From positions 62,001-126,000 of the forward strand of contig MU271184.1 of the NCBI GenBank assembly GCA_021432655.1: DNA of 64,000 nucleotides. Reading direction: 5' to 3'. The notes beneath the pieces were generated by a model that was not told the origin of the DNA, searched no databases, and worked only from the letters and a program-made list of their open reading frames with translations. Positions 24,450 through 36,623 of the stretch are shown piece after piece. This DNA comes from Atractiella rhizophila. Lineage: Eukaryota. Numbering within the stretch: the stretch's first letter is position 1; every line of letters begins with the position of its first letter. A program made the position numbers and the translations under genes.

Positions 24450-27354
24450 AGAGAGGCAGCTGAAACTGCTGTTCCTAGGAAGCAATGTCAAACTACTCTT
24501 AGGACGAACGAGCAACATCAACTTTGGGCCAACTCTCTGGATGAATCTGATCGCCAAATCCTACGATGAGTTCTTGCTGCACTGTGGTGCTCAACTTCTG
24601 CTCGGGCATTCAACATCGTTCAGGACAAGTACCTTTGTGAGCTGTTACGAGTGGGGAATGGCGGCAAGGAGCATATTGCAAACTTGGAACGACGGGATGT
24701 ATCGAATGATCTGCAGGTACTGAATGAGGTAGTGCAGGAACGTGTCAAGGAGAGGATTAAGGTAATTAGTTACTTCTTAAATGGGAACGTACTGATTGAG
24801 CATGGGACAGAATATCAAAGGCCAAATGTCTATCACGTTAGATGGCTGGACATCTCCTCATACATTCAGCTATATTCTGGTCTATCTACACTACCATGAG
24901 AAAGGCCAGATGAGGAAGATTGCACTTGGATTCCTGAGGTATTGTGGTATTTCTCTATGATATGCTATTTAACCATGTTCTTTTTCTAGGATTTCAGGAT
25001 CACACACCGGTGAAAATATTGCTGAAGCTGTTTATAACCTATTGGATATATACAGCGTTTGCGAGAAGGTTAGTCTGCTTCTGTACTTTCCATCATCTCG
25101 AGATGTCCGGCATTGAAAGGGCGATTACAGATACTAGGTCCCTGTTGCGATAGTGCTAGCAATAACGATACATTCACAGCAGCATTAGCCAACAAAGAGA
25201 AGTTCCCCAAAATGAAGCGTTGGGATCCTCAACTCCGAGCAAGATGCTTTTGCCACATTATCAACCTGGTCGCCAAGGTACATCTTCCTTCTCTGCTCCC
25301 TTACAGTGTCGAAATTGACTGGCTTTCCAGGGTTTCCTCAGTCGCTTTAAGAAACCAGTTGCAAAAAAGGGGACAATAAACGGCATTGGAAATGTTGTCA
25401 CTGCGGATGAAGCAGCACTCGAAGAGCTGGAACAAGAAATCAGGGAATCAGGATTTCAGGATGCTGCTGAAGTTGAAGGTGTGTCAATGGCTGGTTAATC
25501 ACTCTCTACTTTTACTTAGCAATGGCAATAGCAACAACGGAGGAAGCCCAAATAGAGGATCAAGAACTTTTCCAAGTGGCTGAAGCCGCCAGATATTCAA
25601 CAACTTGTATGCCATCAGAGGAGCAGGAAGCTCGTTTCATGCTAACCAAGGTAGTTATTTTAGCTTTTTCACTATATAATCCTTACCTTACAATCGCAAT
25701 GAGCAGTTATCAAATCTCGCAAAACGAACCAACATGAACGAAGCACTTCGGACCAAACTGGAGGAAGAAGACCCGGACAGCCCTCTCAAACATCTCGTCC
25801 CTCCTATACACCTTGTTACAGCCTGTCCAACATGCTGGAATGGAGAAGGTGACATGATTGCACGGGCCTTGACACTCAAGGAACCACTCCGCAACCTGTT
25901 TGGAAAGCCTAAGCTCAACTTGGAGCGATGTGCCTTGACACGAACAGAGTGGATGATCATGCATGAGGCAAGTCCTACGCTTCAGGTATGTTCATCTCTT
26001 TTCTATTACAAGCTGCTGAAGGGAGCTCCGCCAGCTCTTTCAAGAAACCACGAAACAGATGTCTCAAATGAATGCGAGCAATCTATCCACAGTCATTCCT
26101 GTCTTCAACAATATCGGGCTAACTCTCTCCCGCCTATACGAAGCATACACCCACGAAGGCAATCATCACAACCAATGGTGCATGCTGCAATACAAGCTGA
26201 GGCAGCGATAGCTCATGGGATCTTGGATAAGTACTTTCTCAAGGTTGCCGACAAAGCAAAAAGTTACATCTGGGCGCTCTGTACACTTCGTTTCTTTTAT
26301 TCTTTGGCTTATACAGTAATCCTTGTTCACATCTCTTCTTAGTATTGCACCCAAACCGACGCGCTGCCTATTTGCGTATCCTCGATTGGGACAAAGAATG
26401 GATCAAGGATAGCATTGAGAGCATGCGGGACTATTACAAGAAGTGGTATCGAGCTGAGTTTAGGGAGCAAGTAACGGTGTGCCCTTTCTCATCCCTACAT
26501 TCGTCTGATTCATAGGTGTGCAAGGGTCACAACGTCCCTCCACCGCCGAAGAAGTTGAAGACTGTGTATGCGCTTGACTCTATGGTCCAGCATTTCGATG
26601 CAGAGGATGCGACAGACTATGTCATGGAGTTCGTAAAGGCTGCCCCCATTCCTATTAAGAGTTACCGTGATGGATCCACCAATGAGCTGGATGCCTTGAA
26701 GTTTCACTATCACGCATGGAAGCACGCAAAAAGCGGCAATGAAGACGCTAAAGCAAAGTTCCATGAAATGGCTATGGATCTTTTGGCAATCCCTGGTGAG
26801 TTGTATTATCCTCTTCCACCCTACATGAACCGTTTGCTGAAGCATATTTCACAGCAACATCAGTAGATGTAGAACGGGCATTCTCTAGCGGTCGCTTGAC
26901 GGTCTCGTGGATGCGTCACAAGCTGTCGGACTCAAGCTTTCGTGCCTCAATGATGATGAAGCTTTGGGAACAGGACGAGTTGATGCCTTCGGTAAAGGTG
27001 TTGTTGAGAGCATTGAAAAAGAATGATAGGAGCCAGAAGGATGCGGCTGCTGCTAGGAAGAAACACAAGGTGCAAGAGGCAGTAGGGGCAGTCATCGAGA
27101 CCATTGAGTAAAGACACATGCATTGTTCTTATTGCATCCATTTTATAACACCAATTCTTCCCATTATACCCTTCACCTACCCGCGACCTGTCGGCCCTTT
27201 CGTAACAGTCACCCACCCATAAACCACCTACCCACACCGTGGGTCGAAGGTGAAAAACCGTGTGGGTGAAGGGGCGGGTGACGGGATGGTACTCAAGGTA
27301 GAAAACCAGGTGGTTTTTTCCACAGGATGGTGAGTAACCCGTATGACAAGCCTA
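24450..27354 (+). mobile_element. hAT transposon: spliced transposase plus 3' TIR; 5' end not found
   Basis: Catalytic motifs TLDGWTSP, CDSASNND, RCFCHIINL and ATSVDVERAFSSGRLTVSWMRHKLS. Ends GTAACCCGTATGACAAGCCTA, matching the terminus at 8019. Confidence 0.9.
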
Positions 27355-28739
27355 CGCCTCTTCGTACGATGGAAACCAAGTCTGTGTAGACTTCGTCTGT
27401 AGATATCCTTTTTCAGGTGATGAGACGGAAGGGAGGCGCAGGTCAAAGTATTTCCATTCTTCTTCTTCCCAAGAAAGAATAATCGCTATCCCATCGTCTC
27501 TGCCGGGGGTGGATTGGGAGACTTCAAGAGGCTCTGAAACTGCAGAAATAATGACCTGGCTCCATATCTGTCTTCCACGTCCATTCTCCGCGCTGGTGCC
27601 AGTCTTTTCCAATTCTTCCAACTCAGGATGGATATCCACCATCCATCCAAACTGCCAATTAGGCGTTGTCTCAATCCCATCCACCCCCTTCTCTTCCAAT
27701 GCCATCCGATTTCGTTCGACCTCCTCTCAAGGGACCCATTGGAGATATTCTAATGGATTGTTGGGAGATGATGAGAGGAGAGAGTGACGTTCTTTGAGCA
27801 AGCGGGATAGGAAGTGGATAGGGAGGTGTGGCGGTGTGCAGAGAAGATAGGGAAGGAGGTCCTACCGGCGTAGGGGGCTGGGGGGGACTTGGACGGACTG
27901 GGGCTTAAGGCATGTGAGGACAGCTCACGATTTGGAAGAACACAGTACCATTTAAGCCTGCTGGAACTGAAAGGCAACAACCCGCCGTTACGTAATTAAT
28001 AATTTTGGCCTGATGATGTCGATGATGCACGGATGCACTGCCTGAGCCCAGTCGTCATCGGCCTCATCCATCACCCAAGATCATCGTCGCTTCTCTCAAC
28101 GACCATCGATGAATCTTTGAGAGGAAGATATGCATTGTGACAGGCATTGCCTGAGCCCTCCACTTGCACCTTGCAGGTAGGCCTGCAAAGTCCAGCCCGA
28201 AGCTAAAGCTTGGCAACCCGCAAGAGAAGCTCAAAGTTGGATTGGGTGTACGGGCTTGTTTGGCATCAGGAGCTCAGAAATACGGAGATGGAGTTTGGAG
28301 TTGTGAGCACGCATAAGAATCTAGCTGACAGCATCTTGCATTCATTTCTTCGATTAGGACTGAGATTTATTTTCTAACGGTCGCGACTGTATCTCTGTTC
28401 CTTACGTCACGTGCGATATGCAGTACCTCCATGAAGTGTAGTAAGAGATCAGTACGTTACTTTTCTATAAGGTATACATGAGTATGGCAAGCAACGGCAT
28501 GGAGATCAAGCTACTTCCGAAAGATTCGGCGACGCTGACGGCAACACGCAGCCGCAGTTTGCCTTTTCCCTACAGATTTCAATTCCTATTGATGACAATA
28601 TCTGTAAAGAACCAGCAAGGTCCCCAGGTCGGGTTTTGAAAAAAATGCACACCCTCTTTCCTTTCTGCACCCTTTTCCCTCATCTACTCCCTTTCCAACC
28701 CTTATCAACAAACCGCACAGACAGTGGCGCACTGGTTGA

Positions 28740-29830
28740 CAGATGAATGGCTGGAAACAGAAGCGAAAGGATCCATTAAAGATTCTGAGCTGCTCAAGGT
28801 CTGTTTTATTTCATTCCTTGCTTACAGCAGCCACTTCTAATCTTTGAATTTCAGATTCTCAAATCCCTTCCAATGGAGGAGAGGGAAAAGATCATGCAAG
28901 TCTGGCTTGCATCTCTCCCTCTTTCACAGACTGAGGACGACACTTCTCTCACAACCCCTTCCCCAAGTTCTGCCCACCGCCTCCTATCTTCTCAACTCCA
29001 GCCTATGTCAAGTCCCGGACTCAACAATGTTGATATTAAACCGAAGATTGTTTATGATCTAGATACTGACGATGAGAAGGAAGAGGAAGAACGGTCTTTC
29101 GCTCGTACATGCGTGGAGGAGGAATGCAGGTACAGCGGTTGTGATGGAGAGCTGGTGGTAAAGCTGTTTGGACCAGTGAGTGATACTTTATGTGCACGTT
29201 ATTGGGGTGAGAGGTTGCCACAGGGGAAACCAAGTCGACGAAGCCCCATTTACAACAATACCCAGTTTGTAGGTTGTCGCGGCTTCAATGACAGCCATGG
29301 ACAATATGTCCACAAGTTCAAACACATCACAGCTTGTCTCCGGACCTCATCGCCTTAGCCATCATTTGCAAGACCTGTGGAGTAAGTCCATCTCTTATTT
29401 GGGACTGTGTTGTTCAAACACCTGCAGGCAAGCGCCAGCGCCATCCCAGCTCACATCCTTTATCGCATACCTCTCTCTCTTGGCCAACGGAAGGTACACT
29501 TATTCCTTCTACTCCACCAATCATCCATGAAGCTCATAGCCTCGCAGATGCTCTGATGCCGGACTTTGGACTGAAGATTAAGAAGGATCTGATGCCTTTG
29601 TCACATCGCTACACACTTACCCCAAGCCCTTAACTTCTGCCTCACCATTACCCTCCAGCTCCTCATCCTCATCCGGTATCTTGTCGCCATTAGTGGAGAA
29701 AAAGAGGAAGAGGGATGATGGTCCAACGATAAAGGACCGATTGAATGTTTTGGAGATGAAGTTGGATAAGATTATGACAGTACTTGAGGGCAGAGTGCAA
29801 AGGAGTGGGAGTGTGCTGACGTAGATTGGT
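28740..29830 (+). pseudogene. Accessory Cys/His-rich ORF of the MULE
   Basis: CRYSGCDG..., FVGCRGFNDSHGQYVH and CKTC motifs; GT..AG intron ~28799-28855; frameshifts. Confidence 0.5.
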
Positions 29831-29904
29831 AGTTTAATGAAATATCATACTTTTATTTCAAAATGCACTTCACTCAAAGCTGCTCCGGCTTTGAAAGAGG
29901 AACC

Positions 29905-32900
29905 ATGTCTTTCTGCGCTCTGAATAAGCTCAGGCACAAACCAAAGACAAACTCAGCATAATCTATTCTCTATTCAATACCACAGTCGGAAGGCAATAGT
30001 CCCCAACCACGGTATCTGCTCTCCTTGATTCCAGGAGCAAGGAGGAACGAAGCTGCGACATGGAAGGCTTTGATGCTGAATGGTTTAGACAATTCAGAGA
30101 GGGTAATGCAGCCCTATTGTGGGTTTAATGATACTGATGGGTTGATAAAAGGTCTCAGACACTCAATAGAGGCTGACAGTGTAGTGGAAGGTCTTTTTGA
30201 TGCGTCAATGTCAGGTATGACATGCTGTCTTATAAGTAATGGGCTTTTAATAGATCACCATCCTCAGCAACCTCAGCCCGCCCTCAAATTCCTCCTCTTC
30301 CTATTACAGGAAAGCGTGGGCTGGAGCACATCTCCCCTCTCCGGCAATCCAATCCTCGAAGCATTCAACGTCCTCAGACCTCCTTGACCTCCTCTGCTCT
30401 ATCTAGCTCCAAAAATCAAACCATTTCCTTTATCTTCAATGGACTAGATCTTGTTGGTCAGGCTCAATCACTGGCTACACGCAAGATTCCTGACCACCTG
30501 CCTCCTCACATTTCATCTCAAGATCCTCGCGCCGCCCTTCAAACCAACTATTCTGTCTACTCAGGCTTCGATGGGTATCTTGTGGGAAAAGGAGCAGACT
30601 GGAGCTCTTTTCGAGCAACAGGGGACACCCGGTATCTAGGAAATAAGTTTGTTAGGCAGGGGACAATGCGAAATGTCAATTTGGTAGTTAAACCAAAGTG
30701 GCCTGGCCGTACTTGCCAAGTACAGAGGATGGATCAGTTGGTTTCCGGATCCACTTGAGAGGATTGAATGATATTAATGGTAAAGCAGCTGAGCCTGCAG
30801 ATGAGGTATGTTTAGTTTCTTTGACCATGCTACTGCACACTGAAGGCTTTATGACCTCGAAATAGCTTCAGGGTGTACACAAGGGCTCATCTGGTTCTCT
30901 CAAAGAGTCCGATTTAATATCTTATCCCTACCTTGACGATCAAGGTGTTTCTACAACTTCTCTACACAATACAGCTCCATTATGCCGCCGATATCCCCTT
31001 CTGTGTAGCTCGCATGGCTTCGGGAAACCCTGCTCTCTTTTTGATTGGGCACTTCTTAAGGAGTACACCTCTTACTTTCCAAATCTCAACGATACACATT
31101 CTCTCTTTCAACTCCGTGAAGATTATTTTGGCCGTACAATTCTTGACTGGAGTGTAGAAGAGCAGACGGCTAAGTATGTTGTCTGATTATATCCCTTGTC
31201 GTGCCTGATGAGCTGAATAGTTGGTATGGTGCCGTGCTGCTTAAGAAATATAAGAAGATCTGTCCTACATGCAACGAGAAGTTGATCATGGCGAAACTTG
31301 AGAGTGTGAGTTTATTCCTCAGTCACCAAACCTGAAGATAATATCATATATTCTTCCAGGGTGTTGATAGATTTGGCCATGAACATGAAATCCGATGTTC
31401 TGCAATCAAACCAGCTTCACAACTTCCAATCTGGATAAGCACAGCCGATTATGCAGCAGTTCGAGAAAGCAATCGGAATCACCTCAGGATAACACTTCCG
31501 CGCCGATGTCACTTAGAGACCATTGGGCATCTGCTTCTTTATGAAAAGATGCCTCCCAGCTTTGATCATTCACATTGGATGCACCGGCCAGGTACTTGTC
31601 CTTATTGGATGCCTACTAATTCTACTGCCCAGGATTGTTGTATGTAAAATCCACCATCAGAGGATAATATGTAATTGAGCGGGTCTAGTACTGCTGGAGC
31701 TTCTCCCTGACTCCAGTGTTCATTATCCCCAACTACATCGATCTCAAGATAATAGCCACTGTTCTGCGGTTATCCATTGTTGGGCACAGGGTCACAAGAT
31801 TGATGAAGAATGGTTGTCAAGTGGCCTCTACTTTATTCTTCCCATTGGAGCGCACAATCACCCACCCTCACCACCGATGAAAACTGGAACAGAACAAACA
31901 AACTTCATTCTTCGATGCATGGAATTGGTTCTTCAAAGCGAGGAGCGGCTTTCAGGTGGAAAGTTATTAAATAGTATGTCGATGTCATTACATAACAGAT
32001 TGTTATGGACTAACTACTTTACAGGCCGAATAATCAATAACTCTCTCGGAACTGGTTCAATTGCAGCCGTGGCTCCAGCTCTTACCAATCCGAACAAACT
32101 CAGGAAAATGGTACAAAGGGGGAAACATTTGATTCAACCATTGACCATACCTCGAGGTCCTTCTCGAACATCGGATGATTGGATGGAAGGTCAGTGCACT
32201 CTTCTTAGTCTTCTCAAAACCACTTAGTCCTAGGCATGGATGTAGAGATCCGTCACATGTGGAAAGAGGAACAACTTCAGAAAGATCCCAGAAGATTATT
32301 TATCCGAGATGTTCAACAAGACCCTGTTGATGGTTTCCGTTATTGTGTCTGCTTTACATCATTCCAAGCAGAAACACTTCTTCATGTTGAACTCCTGGCT
32401 ATCGATGTTACCTTCGAAGGTGTGGAACGGAGTACAAATCTAAGAGAATGGGAAGTGGCAGGAATGTATCATGCATCCCGTTAGTTGTCTTTCTATGCCC
32501 ATATGGTTTTCATAAGCAATTCCATTAGGTCACACTCTAGGGCATGGTTTTTTGGACCGAGAACATTCAGAAGGATATCAAAGGGTTGCAACCTCATTTT
32601 TTCGGAGCATCGAAGCTGTCACAAAGAAGAAGATCCCTTGGCTCTGCTTCAACAAATTCCAGAACGGCCCTATCATCATCTGCGATTTACATCAGGGCCA
32701 AGCAAATGGGATGCTGGGGGATTACTTTCGACATCTTATCCTTGATCGGTATCCAACTGAACGCCTACCGGGCTGGAAGCTGACTCCATCTTGGCCACCT
32801 TCTACAGCAGATACAATCTCTCATACATCCTTAACATGTGAGACTCATGTTAACCGGTAAGACTTCTCTATCTACCAGTATAGCCATATTCTGATATCCA

Positions 32901-34416
32901 TTTAGGAATCTCCAATCTATGGTTTCTTCACTCGCTACAGATCCTACTATTCAAGCGAATTTTCAAGTTCTTTACAATGATTCTCATCAGCCTGATTTGA
33001 AGCGACGCCAATATCTTGTGTATGAGGATCTGATCAGCGCTGCTCCCATCAAGGCAAGGACTATAGGACAATTTATGAAACAGTTCATGAATTGCTTCTC
33101 CGAATTAGATTTTCGTTTGTGGTATGTGGTTGCGCAAGAGCTAGCAGCTGACAACACCATTCTAAAAGGTTTATTTTATTCTGCTTTGCTTTGTCAAGCT
33201 TACAAATAGAGTATATTTGCAGATTGGTTGACAAATAAGGATTCAATTGGCTGGTTCTGGACATCTTCAGTTCCAGCTTTATCTCCTATCCCTCGGAATA
33301 TCTGGGATCAACTCGCACATTCATCAAATTTAGTTGAAGGAGCTCATGCCTATCAATATGCTCGGGTTGGGGTAGGATTACCACTGCCGCAGGCCATCAT
33401 CAAGTATGTGATTTGATTCAAAGTGGTGACTTGTCAGTGATCAGACCATTAGACGGAGGAGTATAGATTTTCGAGATGCTGCAAATCTACAGTTGGCTGA
33501 GGCACAGTCAATCTCAATTCACGCACCCTCTCAGAACTCTTTTATGTCTAGAGCCGTAAATACTGATCAACGACAGCAACGAATTCGGCAAACATGCAGT
33601 CAAAAGACAAAGAATCGATCTAGATCTCACTTCCCATCTTTGATTCATCAGAACGTCGCGGTGGTTGTCGAATCACTGCAAAAAATAAAGAGAAATATTA
33701 ACTCCCAATATCAAAACACAACTAAAAAGGCAAATGCGGATCTGAAGAGACAACTCAAGGATGATTTAGACTGTGCCACAAGACTCTGGAACCAATGGAC
33801 AGCTATTCAGCAGCAAATTGTTCCACTTTCGCAGGCGACCCTGCCTGTTCCAGATTTTGAAACAGTACAGGGTATGCTAACTTCGGCATGGTCAAGTTTA
33901 ACTCAGGAAATACATGACCGACCATTACTTCTGATACGGGTTGAGAAAGAATCAGATTTGAAGGCGCTGTTGCATAACAAGGTCAGTCTTTATATATGCT
34001 TGCACAATCAAGCTTATCTGTACTGCAGTTTTTTTACTTCACTTCAACTGTCTTCAATAGTTGTGTCAGTCAACAGTCCGATAGTTCTACAAGGCCACCT
34101 GAACCTTTGGTACGTTGTTTGATTGAATTTATAAGACATGGCTTCACATCACATCAAGGTTCAATCTCACCCCCACTATTCTACCGAATCAATGCTTGAT
34201 ATTGTCGACATGGTGCATGGTCTTGCGAGAAAGCAAGTTTCTACCAGGGGCACACCTGAGCCACCAGTACGTATTTCAACTTCATTTCATCATAAATACT
34301 CATGCTCAAGATTTCTAGTCGCCTATTGTGGCTGATTTTGATAACATTTTCATGGACTTTCCCTTCATACTGTTTCCAAGGATAGAAGACTGAATGAAAA
34401 TGCAATGAATAATTAA
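29905..34416 (+). pseudogene. MULE/Mutator-type DDE transposase, many introns, some lesions
   Basis: Zn-finger C...GAHNHP, first Asp in AIDVTF (~32401), EWEV, second Asp in IICDLHQGQA (~32680), CETHVNR (CxxH, ~32836), and W...SSNLVEGAHA (Glu, ~33335). Confidence 0.82.
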
Positions 34417-34598
34417 ATAGCTATATCCTAAACAGCAAATCAGACTTAGGATTGTTCAACTTCTTTGATAATTCAAAAGAGGTTAATACTGTCTACCGAT
34501 CCCATTCATATCATGATGTGGCCCAAATTCAGCTTTCCTCTCTTGATACCTTGTCATGGTGTTAGAGACTTAAGTAAAGTAGAGCTTAGAAAGTGTGC

Positions 34599-36111
34599 CT
34601 ACTCTTTTTGAATCCTTGCTTGAGTGTCTTTATGAGAGAACCACACCAGGCCACTTCGTTCTCCTTCAAATTTGCTGACTCAGTGCACAATAACTCCTCC
34701 CTTCAACCCAACAATGTTGAACTTATAAGAATTCCCTCCAACCTCTGCAAATAAATAACCATCTCTGAATTCTCCAAACACACTCATCCAGTCAAACCCC
34801 TCCATTCTATTACTTGCATCACAATGAGGTTGAATAGACGCATTGGCAATGATACCGAGGGAGAGTCGGGAGGAGCGGCGGGAAGGGAAGAAGGTTGAAA
34901 CCATTGGATAGAGTTTTGAGGCGAGCCAGGCAAGTTCATGATAATGAGAGTAAGTGGCAGGTGCTGTAACTTGGAACGAGGATTCAATGATTTGAATGAA
35001 CGGCGTGAGATTTTGATAGAGCCGGTGCACATAATTGAGGCTGCAACTTGATTAGGACGTAGGACGTAGAAAAGAATGAGGATCACTTACTTAATTGCGG
35101 ATTTTCTGGTATCAGCAGAAACCAGCACCTCGTCACTTGGATGAGCAAGAGCATTCCACTGGTTGACCCTTCTCTTTCATATGCTCAACTTCCTTTTGAT
35201 CCCATCGAGAATCTGAACTTTTTGGAGGAGTAACTGTTGTCAATGAAAGAAACTCGGAAACTGCAGTGGAGGCATCTGCAAAAACTTTATTTGCAAATTG
35301 AGGACCAAAGGGAATATGGAGTTTATCTTTCAAAAAAATAAGCAATATATGTCCATCACTACTGACAAACTTTACGTCTGTTTCAATAAATTCTAAAGGA
35401 TGTTGTTCATGCATGGTTTTATTTTGTCTAATTTTCTTCAATGTTTTTAAAGACGAATCACAAAGTTGCTGGAGCGTGAAAGGAATGATAACAGTGCGAA
35501 TTTGAAAATCAATAAGCTTATTCCAGTTACGGACATATCTTGCATTTCCTTCATTCAACTCCCACTCTGTTGTTGGCAAAGCATTGATTGCTTTGCGAAG
35601 TCGTTCCTCCCAGAAGCTGTCGCTGGCTCCATGTTCCAGCCATTGAGCTTTGGTTGGATCTTCATATTCAGGAAATTTCGGCTAGATCCATTGTTATTAG
35701 TATCAGGACAGAAGCAAAAAAGAAATAGAATAGGGTAGGCAGAAACCTTTTGCGGTCAACAGCCACTTTCGGAGCCAAACCTGTAAGTCCAAGATGCTAA
35801 AGGGAGTTCCAGCGATAGCATCTTGTCTACAGTTATTAGTTGTTTGATGGAGGAGTTCCAGTCCATCAAACAACTAACATGGTAGCGAAAGTATGTGTTT
35901 GACTGCAAAAGGATGTAAACCCTTTTACACAAAAAGTCACACTCCCCACCCCTTTTTATCATCAAGAATGTAAAGACTTACTTGGTGCCAAGGTGCCATA
36001 TTACTCTGCAAGACTCAGCACATTCTTGTCGCGTAGAAAGGCAAGGTAAGCTGACGTGTTGTTGCGAAGGATTGGGCGGGAATGTGCTCCTCCTGAAATG
36101 ACCGGAGTCAT
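34599..36111 (-). pseudogene. TET/JBP-family 2OG-Fe(II) dioxygenase, disrupted
   Basis: IIANASIQPHCDASN (HxD at ~34818-34826), GFDWMSVFGEFRDGYL, then IVH*VSKFEGERSGLVWFSH (distal His, 2OG-binding Arg, aromatic) with an in-frame TGA at 34680-34682. Upstream WNALAHP..VSAD, phase-consistent intron ~35092-35041, frame break near 35160. Confidence 0.82.
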
Positions 36112-36623
36112 TTGTGATTGCAAAGTGGAGGGCTGTGGGTGAGAGGAGAGGTGGTGTGAGCTAGAATTGATGCTGTCGAAGCTCGGTTGAAGAGGAAATG
36201 GAGGGAAGAATCAAGGAGAGAACAGTTGGTTTTTAGATGCAGAAGCACGAAGCTTTTGCCTTCCGCTTCCACTGCATTACAGTTGACTCTCTGTGTTGCC
36301 ACCCTTGGCCGCCCTGGGTTTCAAAACATCTGGGCTATTCTTGGCAGCCAGTGGTGGCATGGCGCGCGGCATTTAGCTTGTTTCTATCTGTTCTGTGCAC
36401 CCTTCGGCGCAGCTTCGGGTGCTACTTACCATTGTATACCTTACAGAAAAGGTACATACTCGTAAGAGATTGGAAGCGCCACCTTTAGTTATTATTTTTG
36501 TTTATGTTCTGTTATCTCGGTCTTGCCCAAAACGAAGGTCATTAAATATCTGTCCTCCTACCATACCAACTACAGGTCTGGGCAGGGAGATCCTTTGTTA
36601 TCGTAGCATACTGAGCTGATTGC

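Larger units (their letters stand above)
28450..36461. mobile_element. Full-length Mutator-like element (8012 bp) carrying a TET/JBP gene
   Basis: Perfect 9-bp TSD GTAAGAGAT at 28441-28449 and 36462-36470. TIR AGTACGTTACTTTTCTATAAGGTATACA (28451-28478) versus TGTATACCTTACAGAAAAGGTACATACT (36433-36460), 24/28 complementary. MULE-type transposase inside. Confidence 0.88.

Noticed and set aside
8019..27354. 19-kb compound hAT transposon bounded by the two outward TAGGCTTG termini
   Set aside because: Both are 3' ends of oppositely oriented, diverged copies, and the 8-bp flanks (CTAGCATG versus CGCCTCTT) do not match.
29905..34416. Classifying the TET-linked transposase as KDZ or Plavaka
   Set aside because: KDZ-type H..C and GExxE motifs were not seen; the D/D/CxxH/NxxE order and the 9-bp TSD fit MULE. 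A profile search is still needed.
28620..36340. Alternative inner TIR pair (GTTTTGAAA / TTTCAAAAC)
   Set aside because: Only ~9-15 bp match and there is no TSD; the outer pair with a perfect 9-bp TSD is far stronger.
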